Source: Acanthaster planci (Eukaryota). Taken from it: 64,000 nucleotides of DNA. The notes beneath the pieces are model-generated. The model had not been told where the DNA came from, ran no database searches, and saw only the letters and a list, made by a program, of their open reading frames with translations. Both the position numbers and the translations under genes were made by a program. Shown in pieces: positions 26,195-35,982 of this stretch (positions are counted from its first letter, which is position 1; each line of letters begins with the position of its first letter). The stretch lies in the NCBI RefSeq assembly GCF_001949145.1, contig NW_019091355.1, positions 2,462,646 through 2,526,645 on the forward strand, given 5' to 3'.

Positions 26195-29100
26195 CTGACC
26201 AAAAAGTAAACACACAAATGAAACGCTTTTACACAGTGAGTACAGAAGAATGTGACAATCTGGTTGTGGGTATAATTAAAGGTTTGGGTACTTCAACATT
26301 TGGTTTGCAACGTCACCCTATTAACAAGATCTCGTTAACCACATTGTCTCAGTCGACACATGTACTAATTTGAGGTAGGCTTGTTTCCTTCTGTAAGATG
26401 TGTCTTGGGGCCTGTTTGTTTCACATGGATCCAGAACTCGATCAGTGATTCTGATGCTGGTTTGCACCATCTATTAAGCAGGTTTTGATGTCTGTAAACC
26501 AAGGACGGATCACTGATTGTGATCCAGACCTGTATGAAAGAAACATGGCCAACATTTCTGCTCTGGGAATTACAGCTTTAACACACGAGTACGCATGTGC
26601 ATGTAAGTCTGTGATTCGGTGACGAACCTGTAAAAACCCACAGGGTGCTCCCGTGGTTACATCAAGAGTGACGTTTCCGAGGAGGAGCCTCGTCCTTCCA
26701 GATTTCAGCACTTGTAGCTTGCCCAGATACCCTTCAGGTAGACTCTCAAGGGTGCACTTGTTTGATCTCTTCTCCTGAAAGTCACACATTCAGTTTGAAA
26801 CCAACGATAAGTTGGACCATTCACTACAAAGTACCGACGCTTGACGTCATTATGAACAAGGGAGTGCAGTACAAACAAATGGAGTGCATGTGTTGGATCA
26901 CGCACTGGGTTTTGCCCTAGTGCCTTTCACACGCAACTGTGCACGTGACGTATTCACTTCGGTACTCTGTTTGGAAACTCCACAACTACTGAAAAAATTA
27001 TGATTGACACTACACTGTACCACAAAGAGGTTGCCCTCCAGCATTAATATCACACTGCAAAACTGTATTCCCCTAACACTAAGAGCTCAGCAGGTTGAAT
27101 TTACACCCCCCTTTTATATGTCACTTTTGGAAGCAGAGTAGTTCTTTCTGACAAATAAATTGGGGTACCATAAATCCCTTATGATGTATTTCACTTGGGA
27201 AAAAAGTTCAGTACTTAGGAAAAAAGTCAAGTGTAAAAAAAAAAGATTTACGATAAACTTCTTGAATTCACACAATGTGGCCATGAGCCTTGCCAAAATC
27301 TTTGTGACAAATTGAGCAGAGCAAATCTGATGTCAAACAATTCAAGACAAGAGGTTGTGAATCAAATTCAAGACATGATAACTGCAAAAAACAAAACGAC
27401 ACAAACTTTTGGTTGTGTTTCCATTTCACCTCTTTTTGTTTCTTCTTTGCATCTTGCTCAGCTATCGGGGTGCCCGGCTCCCGCTTGACCTTTGGCCTCT
27501 GGTCCTCATCCTCCTTCGACAGGGGCTGACCGGGGAGGGTGTCGGGCAACTGGAAGAACATGAGTTCGCCCTCCGATTTCAAGCGGCGGCCAAACAAGGC
27601 AGCACACGTGGTCCTCTTAGGCAGGGACTTTGTTGCTGTTTTGGGCTGCGTGCTGAGCTTTTCGGGGACTGGTTTGGTGTCAACTTCCATCATTTCAATG
27701 TCATTGTCATCGGTGAGCTCTTTTTTAATTTCTGACAAAAAAATGAAAACAAGGACTGTGGTTAAAATGACGGACTTGAAAAGCAGTCATATTTAAGATT
27801 AATTTAGCAATGTGACAGCTTGGTGACTTGCAACATTCTGTCTACTGGTACTGCAACAAGCATCTTTCGTACAATTTACCCATTTATTTGTATCAACCAA
27901 CATAAATAAAAATTCTCTCCACATTTTGAATTAAGAAATTACACTTCAATCCAAAATGACCCAAGGATACAATGAATATAAAACCTGACATTTCAACAGT
28001 TCCAACTGCCACAGGATTCCTAACTAATCAAAAGTCTTTTCAGATTGAAAGTGTATATCAAGAACATTGATCCGAATACCTTTCATGCTGTCATCTGTAC
28101 ATTCCATCGCATCTGAGTCTTTCTCTTTCTTCAGTTCTTTTTTTACCGTCAGTGAGGACTGGAGGGGGAGGTGGATGGGGCAGTACTTTGTGTCTTCATC
28201 TTTATCCAAGTCGCTAACAAACTGACAAAGAACAACATCACAAACTCAATGCAGTCCTGCACAGTTTGGCCTTTTCAGACTTCCATCCAGTGATCAAGAC
28301 TGTCTTAGAAAAGCCCACTTGAAGAGACACTGTACACTTTTGTAATTTGTAAAGACTATGACTAAAATGTGGGTATCTTGTGCATACACTGGCTTGCTCG
28401 AATATGCAAATGGCATGGAATATCATGCAACCAATTTGCAACTGAATGTGCACAAAGTCAAAGCTTTTCTGCATACAAAAGACCGCACCTGAGCTGGAAC
28501 ACATAATGTAAACAAATGCTATTAAAGCGTTCGTAGATAACACTTGGCACTTCTAGAACTGAAGCAGTGGTATGATTTGGCATAGATGTTTTAGATTTAA
28601 ATGACTCGTGAATGACCATGTATCCCAAACTCCCAAGAAATTCTCACTGCCTCTGTGTTCTCCAACATCCTACACTGTGCCAAAACAAACAGCTCATTAT
28701 CTGTATGTAAATGGTTCACGGAGCATCAAGCCCCATAAAAAAATCTTCCAAAGCATCTTCAAGGATTTTGAAAGGATCCAAGACAGCTTAGAATGGCGAC
28801 TCACATCATCTCTGAAGAGGATGTCTCGCATTCTCTTGGACTCCTCCTCGGTCATCTTCTCCCTCTTGATTGTTTTGGATGAGGACGATGGGGTACGGCT
28901 GTCCCCTCCCCCATAATGACCACCTCCTGCATCCAAGAAAAATACACAGCAACAAAAAACAAAACCTGGCTCATTTTATGGTCCCAGTCCGAAAGTACCT
29001 AGGCCAGGGTTGTCAGTTTGAAAAGATTTGGCTGAGAGAGAACAGGTGAATCAACCTCCATCAGGAGTGGACAGGCAGATAATTTCATCCCAGATGAGAC

Positions 29101-30429
29101 CCTGATATTTCCTGCTTAAGATGTTTCCACCATTAATTAAAACCTTAGAGACTAGGGTGCTTTTCACATTACTGTTTTCACCTGTTTTTAACTAATCCAA
29201 GCTGTTAACTGGTAAATAACACCTCACCTCTCTTATTAAGCCTGTCAGCGGGGCCCTCCTCAAAAATGGAATGGGACTGAATAGTTTCTGGCCTGCCACG
29301 CCCCCTGCCTCGTCCCCGACCTCGACCTCTGTCACCCCTTTCTGAACTTTGACCTTTTTGCCTTGGTGTTGAGGATGTCGGGACTCCGTTGCCGGTGTTG
29401 CATTTTGAACTTCAAAGTGGAAAACGCTTAAACTTATCCTTGGGGCAAAAATCTGACACATTCTCATAACATGCAGAATTCACAGACACTTCGTGAACAT
29501 GAACACATTTATGCATGAGCCAAACAAATTATAAACTGGAAATCAACCATCAAGTCTGAAATAACAAGTCTGAACACAGGTTACTAGTGACAAAAAGGAC
29601 GCCGGACCTTTGCAAGTTTAAGAGCTTGTGTCTTGAGAACAGTTGACTCGTAAGTTGTGAAGCTGTAAGCAAATTTCAGTTGATAATCCAACAGAAAAAA
29701 AACCTAAATGAATCGCACTAAAGGTGAACTGAGGGCCATTTAAATGAAGTTTTAAAAAGAAACTTGTATATATAAATACTTACGATTCCTTTTGGCTTTT
29801 GTCTTTTCTTCCAGCCATGTTAAGATTGGGCTTAAACGCTCTCTGCAAGACAAACAATCAGAACATGTACTCCCCTGTTTCTGTAACTGGTGTGATTAAT
29901 GGCGGCAACTGCTTGCACCAAACATCTGGCACATTCTTGAGCAAAACATGCGGGGCAAGGAAAGTTTGTAGCTTGATACACGCAAGGGGACAATATGAAC
30001 TCTAAAGATGGCAAAAAGAAAAAGTTTTCACAGCAGACTGTTCATTTCTTTCTCACTGGCGATTAAACCTTGCATGAAACTTAAGAGACAATATAGTTCA
30101 ATTAATCAAACTCGCAATCAAGGACGAAATGATACCCAATGAGAAAGCTTATCAAAATCTTGCTGGCCTCATCTCTGCCAAAAAGTAGCCTACATCATAT
30201 CCCCTCCCTCCCAATGACGTCGGAAATCTGAGGTTTTCCAGTAAAATATGGAAATTACCTTTTGTACTCCCCCAAGGGTAAGGTCCCTGGCTGGCCGCAG
30301 GGATGGGAGTCTGGTGCTGGGGTTGACTGCACCCCCACACCGTCCGATCAGACCCCTGGGTAGGGGGCCTGCACCCTCCCCCGAGGGATGCTGTTTCTGC
30401 TGTTTCTGCTGTTGCTGCTGGTCTGACAT
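26066..30429 (-). CDS. POLR3D: DNA-directed RNA polymerase III subunit RPC4 (RPC53), about 417 aa, 8 coding exons
   Basis: Exons 30429-30259, 29842-29784, 29409-29228, 28926-28805, 28221-28080, 27731-27430, 26774-26628, 26194-26066 join in frame. Motifs RLPSLRPARDLTLGGV-K.FKPN, RGRGRGRPETIQSHSIFEEGP, ELMFFQLPDTLPG, LPEGYLGKLQVLKSGRTRLLLGNVTLDV..G..CGFLQ, LGQVSHRIVCTPDFESLL match RPC4. Confidence 0.95.
26628..26774 (-). CDS. POLR3D: POLR3D exon 7
   Basis: CTLESLPEGYLGKLQVLKSGRTRLLLGNVTLDVTTGAPCGFLQ. Confidence 0.94.
27430..27731 (-). CDS. POLR3D: POLR3D exon 6
   Basis: EIKKEL...ELMFFQLPDTLPGQP...KKQKE. Confidence 0.9.
28080..28221 (-). CDS. POLR3D: POLR3D exon 5
   Basis: FVSDLDKDEDTKYCPIHLPL...SMK. 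Confidence 0.87.
28805..28926 (-). CDS. POLR3D: POLR3D exon 4
   Basis: GGGHYGGG...IKREKMTEEESKRMRDILFRDD; donor GTGAGT. Confidence 0.88.
29228..29409 (-). CDS. POLR3D: POLR3D exon 3
   Basis: ...RGDRGRGRGRGRGRGRPETIQSHSIFEEGPADR. Confidence 0.9.
29784..29842 (-). CDS. POLR3D: POLR3D exon 2
   Basis: RAFKPNLNMAGRKDKSQKES; donor GTAAGT. Confidence 0.88.
30259..30429 (-). CDS. POLR3D: POLR3D exon 1 (coding part)
   Basis: MSDQQQQ...RLPSLRPARDLTLGGVQK; donor GTAATT. Confidence 0.9.
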
Positions 30430-31229
30430 GCCGTCCGTCTTCTAAAATCTTATCTACTGTCAAGACGAGCCTAAATTGGCAAAAAGTAACAACCAAACAG
30501 ATTTATTATGTAGGCCTGTAGTGCGGTGTGCTATGTTGCAGGAAAAAATTTGCAAAATTTGAGGTTTAAAACATTTTGGATTTTCTGAACGTGAAGTCCT
30601 CAAGCCTCAGTCACGTCAGTCACGTCAGTCAAGCGCCATGGGTGTACAAACATGACATATCTAAATGTACATGCACGTTTAAGCTACACGTACACTCAGA
30701 ATTCCAAAAAGGGGGTACACCCAAACAGCTGGATCTATACACCATAATAGAAAACATGCAGGCTAAGACTACTACATTACAACCTGAAGGTGTCACGTCT
30801 GCTAAATACATGTCAATCATGCATGAAGAAAGATTTCAGAAATGACCGGTGTGCACACATGTACACGTACTGTCGTTCGTGTGGATGCATTGTATATGCT
30901 GCACTGTGATTGCGTGACGGGTACGGACTTTCAGCACATCGTACAACGGCTACGTCAATACGTGTGTCCATCTATCGGTGAACAGTAGGACGTAGACCTA
31001 GCTCTAGATACAAGACTTGCAAACGGCTTTTACCAAACTTCATAAAGTCTGTCAATGTAAAGATTTTATGATGTGATTGGCCCGTTGTATGTTTCTTTTA
31101 TAAATTAAGTACAGTTTGATCTCCTGAAAAATGCATACTATTTTGTTTCAAAACCATTCTACAATGGTCATGACAGTGATAATTAATTCAACCGATATGT
31201 TCTCTTTTTTAGTCCAAAAAGGATAGGAG

Positions 31230-31407
31230 GGCTTGCAACTAGTCTAATTGCAAGTGCGCGCGCACGCCAGTGGCCATTTTGCTAAGGTCACTTATTTTGG
31301 CTTCAGTTTAGGCAGTTCTGTGAACGGTGGGATTTATATCGATTTGGGCAGCAAACCCAAAAGTTAAGGTTTTTTCAGGACAACGTCTTTGCCGAGACAA
31401 ACACAAA
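31230..31407. promoter_or_regulatory. Probable bidirectional promoter region of POLR3D and the THAP gene
   Basis: Divergent start codons 979 bp apart, CpG-rich; TGCGCGCGCA (NRF1-like) and GGCCATTTTG (YY1-like) at about 31254-31281. Confidence 0.5.
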
Positions 31408-31487
31408 ATGCCAACGCCGTGTGCAGCAATTGGATGCCCGAATCGCAACGACCGAGGAACACGCGCGAAGGGTATCACCTTTCATCG
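31408..31487 (+). CDS. THAP gene exon 1
   Basis: MPTPCAAIGCPNRNDRGTRAKGITFHR; donor GTAAGC. Confidence 0.9.
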
Positions 31488-34005
31488 GTAAGCCAGCAGC
31501 CTGCCCCCTAGGCGGCCATGCTAGCGCGGCATGTCCGGGCCGTAGGCTAGGCATGCATGGCCCGGTCACATAGGCCTAAGAACGTGAGCTTATTTTCAAG
31601 TGTTGGTGATAGGGAAGAATTTACGGACGCCAGTAATTCCTGTCTGCAGCGTGTGACCATAATGGCCAGCAGAAAGCAAAAACATGTCAAGGGAAGTTCA
31701 ATTTGGAGGGAAAGTATCAAGTTGTTTATGAGATTACCCCCGGCCTTGTCTAGAATTTTTCAGACAAGTCTCATAGGGTTTGTGCACAGGGCGTCAAGTG
31801 GCATCCGTATATGGAACTCTTTCCATGACTTTGAGACTGAGAAAAATTTCTGTTTGGGAGTAGGTCAGGTCTCTACAAATCGCCACTTGCATGACTTGCT
31901 GAGTCAAGTTAAAACACGACTCACCAACTTTTGATCTGAAATCAACATCCGCGAATATGCGACTGTTTTGTCAGAATATAACACATTCACTGAGCTGAAA
32001 GTTGAGATTTGTTCTAACCTTAGGCACCATTCTGTAGATTTTGAGTAATTTTGTTACCTCAAAGGAACATGCCAGCCGATGGACTGTACTGTCATGGAAA
32101 AATCAGAACACATTTTAGTTCAACAGTTACATGTTCACAGATGAGATGATACATATGTCAGTGTGCTGGATAAATTTGTTGTTTTGTCAATACATGATCA
32201 TTTTTCAGATTTCCGACTGACAAAAATAGGCAAAAAAAATGGGTAGCCAACTTGAAACGAGGCCACTGGGAGCCCTCGCCGAATGCTCAGGTGTGCTCCA
32301 ACCATTTCACACCCCAGTCGTTTGACAGAACAGGACAGACTGTTCGTCTTCGAGAGGGTGTAGAGCCAACCATACTTTCAGTTTCAGATCAACCTCCAAA
32401 GGTAATGTGATGAGGGTCTATTGTTCTGTTAATGAAGTTGGGACATATTTTGAGGCAACTTAAGAATGGCTAGTCTAAGCCTTTTAGGGGTATTCCAAGA
32501 AAACTGTCAATGGACATCAGAAACTTCCAGGGTCATTCAACAGATTTCGTCAAAAGACTTCACATTTAACATCCTCGAAGCGTGAAAAAGCATGTATTCT
32601 GCTACTTGGTGGGAAGACTGCTGCCAGTTAATGCAAATTTGTCTTTGAAATTTATGAAAATTATTTGGTATCCACTTTACATGTGAAACCATAAAAAAAG
32701 AACTGGTGATGAAAAACTTTAAATTGTTCTGGAGTACTCCATAACAACTGGATAAGAGTAGCACCTCTGAGCAGGAGAGGGCATGTTTTTACATGGAAAT
32801 GTTGGTCCTGTGGTGATGGGGGACTGACATAAAGGTTCATGCACACTTGGCCTGGGTTGCAGTAACGATGTGCAAGTGTTGTAGTCAAAACCATCACAAG
32901 AACAGGCACAAGACTAGTCACAAGACCAGTCACAAGACCAGTCACAAGACCAGTCACAAGACCAGTCACAAGACTAGTCACAAGACCAGTCACAAGTTAC
33001 AGTGTGAACAGTGACACAGAAATGCCTTTGTTGCAGTTCAGTTGAATAGCTTGTGACTTGATTTCAAACTGGTGGTCTTGTGTTGGTCTGTTGTGGTCTT
33101 GTGCAGGTCTCACTCGGTCTCTACTACAACACTGATGTGCTACCAATTTATGATGGAATGTAAGGTCTTTGTGTATGTGTCGGTCACGTGCATGAACTCA
33201 GGTAAAAGACTTCCTACCAGCCTGTCTGTCCTTTGCCAGTGAGGGTGCACTTCAACTCAGTACGGATAACAGCTGTTCTGTTACTCCAAGGGACAGCTTA
33301 GACCCCATCCTCATACATGTCAAAATGTTGCAATTTGTGTACTCATCCTCCTGGAACGCCTTCTATCTGTTGGGTGACACAATTGTTGTGGAAATTGGAC
33401 AATAAGCGGCTAGCCCCAATGTTCCGAACATTTCCATGTTAAAAATTCCTTCCGTTTTTTTTATGTTATAGTCCTTAATCATGTTTTTGGGGTTTTTTTC
33501 AAAAATATGTTGGTGAAACAGTCTGCTTTCCACTGTTATAAGGTCCTTTTTAATATTCACCTGAGTTCATTTTTCGTGAACATTTCAGCAATCTTCAATT
33601 CAGAATTTGCCACCAGTGCTTGGAACGTCACAGGAGAAGCAGAACATTGACCCCGACGGAATACCAAAGGTCCTTGGACGATGTTTGAGGAGGAAGAACC
33701 CAGGAGATCACACTTACGCCACAAGGGAGACCCCTAAACAGCTCAAGCAGAGACTGAACGAGGTGGTGGACAGGTTACAGGCCTGCAAGAAGAAGCTTAA
33801 AATCGAACAGCAGAGGAGGCGGCGGTTGGCGCTCCGTGTGGACCGGCTGCACTCCGTGCTGGACAGTCTACGGCGCCGGCAGTACATCACGGTGGACTGC
33901 GCCGAGATGCTGGAGTCCTCTGTCAGCTCAATGGTTCAATTGTTGAAGGAAGGCCAGGGAACAGGACCTAACCACAATGCAGAGGGCGAATGGGATGATC
34001 TCTGA
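31408..34005 (+). CDS. THAP zinc-finger protein (THAP2/THAP6-like), about 229 aa, 3 exons
   Basis: Exons 31408-31487, 32209-32401, 33589-34005. MPTPCAAIGC...TFHRFP...W...VCSNHF...EPTI is the C2CH THAP domain, followed by DHTY (HCF-1-binding motif) and a coiled coil. Confidence 0.92.
32209..32401 (+). CDS. THAP gene exon 2
   Basis: FPTDKNRQKKWVANLKRGHWEPSPNAQVCSNHFTPQSFDRTGQTVRLREGVEPTIL. Confidence 0.92.
32875..33133. mobile_element. hAT-like non-autonomous element with an internal 12-bp tandem array
   Basis: TIR AGTGTTGTAGT / ACTACAACACT; flanks GATGTGCA / GATGTGCT (7/8 TSD); (CACAAGACCAGT)n at 32895-32996; truncated inverted copy at 34799-34873. Confidence 0.7.
32895..32996. repeat. 12-bp tandem repeat (CACAAGACCAGT), about 8.5 copies
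   Basis: Directly visible. Confidence 0.92.
33589..34005 (+). CDS. THAP gene exon 3 (HBM + coiled coil)
   Basis: GDHTYATRETPKQLKQRLNEVVDRLQACKKKLKIEQQRRRRL...; an alternative in-frame acceptor at 33604 is possible. Confidence 0.85.
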   Translation, partial: QSSIQNLPPVLGTSQEKQNIDPDGIPKVLGRCLRRKNPGDHTYATRETPKQLKQRLNEVVDRLQACKKKLKIEQQRRRRLALRVDRLHSVLDSLRRRQYITVDCAEMLESSVSSMVQLLKEGQGTGPNHNAEGEWDDL

Positions 34006-34798
34006 CAGTCAAGTCGAAATTTCAAGAACTCGGCCCAATTTCACTGCGGCGCTAAACAGACGACTTCACACTAACAGAGGCTCCTTGTATTTCTTAAAGA
34101 CGGTGAAAATTAAGCACTGCAAAAGAGACTTTTACCTCGGAGGAAAAACTCACTTAATGTAGTGACAAAACTATGGAAATCTCTGTGTGCGTGCAACCTT
34201 AAGCACAGACAGCCCAAGCACCTCCATATTTATGTTAAGTAACATTTTCTGCTAATTCTTAAGGGCCATGAAATAAGATCCCCAGCAGTAACTGGAACAT
34301 GGTCTTGGGTTTTTCGACCGGGCATTGGCAAGTTACAAGAATGACGCACCCAGGATATGTTGGGGAAGGGGGGAGGGGCTTGGACCGAAATTTACCCATA
34401 ATATAGCTCAAGATGCTCGAGACCTTCCCCCATATAGCACCACAGAGGAAATGGATTTACAGCCTGACCGTGTATCGGAGTGAACTATTCAAGATGTGTG
34501 TATCTCTGTTTTTCAGAAAGTGACAAAAAACCTTGGAAGGAGGGTTGCCATCCACCGGGGGGCGCCATTGGTTACAATGATTCCTAACTGGACTTCAGTT
34601 TTTGCTGTATTTATTGTCAGTGCATATGTGTATCGGTTAATGTTCTGTTTCTTACAGCCAGAAATTCTAGTAGTTCTCTTCTGTAGAATAGTTCATAGTG
34701 TGACATTTTGGAAATTCACAGGAACTGAAGTTGAGTCGAATTGAAACAAAATTAAGGGTGTTAAGTTCACATGAGCGTTTAATGATCTCGACAGTGTC

Positions 34799-34873
34799 CA
34801 GTGTTGTAGTCGAGACCACTGAAGACCTCCAGTCTGGATTTAAGCCACAAGCTATTCAAATGAACTGCAACAA
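34799..34873. mobile_element. Truncated inverted copy of the 32875-33133 element
   Basis: CAGTGTTGTAGTCGAGACC...CACAAGCTATTCAAATGAACTGCAACAA closely matches the reverse complement of the ends of 33028-33134 (internal part missing). Confidence 0.7.
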
Positions 34874-35754
34874 GTAATTTACAGTAATTCTGGTAATTTT
34901 GTAATTACATTTTTATAGTAAATACACGCAATCAGCCCATTTTGAACGCATGAGTGTGCTTTGGCTGGTCAGTTCTCATTTTTAGAACACACCCCTTGCC
35001 GCCAAAAATAGCCATGAATGGGAAATATAAGATCAGAGTTTCTCCATACCGGAAAATAGCAGAACTGCACAGTTGAGGCTTCTCGTCACTTTCAGCTCTA
35101 ATGAAAAAACAACATCGTTTCCTATTTACGATCAGAAATAAGCCACAAAAGTTTCAAATGAAGAGCTTTTGTTGCGATGTGACTGCGAGAGCCCTGATGA
35201 GTTATACCTCATCCAGGCTCTCGGTACCGGTACCAAAGGCTCGCGCAAGCTCGGTTCAGTTTACGCGCGCGTCTACTGAGCGCCCTGCGCACCATGGCAT
35301 GCCCTGAAAGATAACCTTTGATTTGGAGATCGTTTGAAGAGAAAATGCTTCCAATGCGATGCTATTGTTTGTCTCCTGATGTTTCTCTCCCACAAACATG
35401 GGTCTCTCATCGATGGAAATAGCCTACATATACTTTATTCTGGCGAAATAATTATCAAACAAACCATTTTAAAATCGTCCATCATCCCTTTGTGTTCAGT
35501 AATGTGGAAAAGAGGCTTAGCGTAAATGGCGCGTACGCGCGCGTACTTTCTAGTTTAAACGAGTTCCGTTCTCAGTTATGAACGCGTTAACTGCGGTAAC
35601 TGTGTGACGAGCAGACATCTGTATCCTGCATTTCCCGAGTTAATTTAATCTTATCGTAGTGTTAGGGCCCCCCGTAAAGTAATACAGAGGTAGGCCTTGG
35701 CTCTAGGTAAACGCTTTAATCCACTCACATTAAATCGTTTCACGTTTCGGCGAC

Positions 35755-35982
35755 ATGTCAGACGCGCAAAGACAGATGTCGGAGGAAAGCGTCGTCTCCG
35801 ACAGCGGCAGTGACCTCATCATTGACGACGAGGGGCCGGAACGTCGATGGGTCCGCTGCGATCTATCTTTTCACCGCTTCGTCATGAAAATCACCGAGTC
35901 GACACCTTTCAACGCTTTCATCATGTTCACCATTGTCCTCAATGCGATTGTAATGGCCCTGGAGACCGACTTCACACTCAAG
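35755..35982 (+). CDS. CATSPER3: CatSper3 exon 1 (S1)
   Basis: ...FNAFIMFTIVLNAIVMALETDFTLK; donor GTGAGG. Confidence 0.9.

Noticed and set aside
32661..32993. ORF with (GLVT)n repeats
   Set aside because: It is the antisense reading of the 12-bp tandem array inside a MITE.
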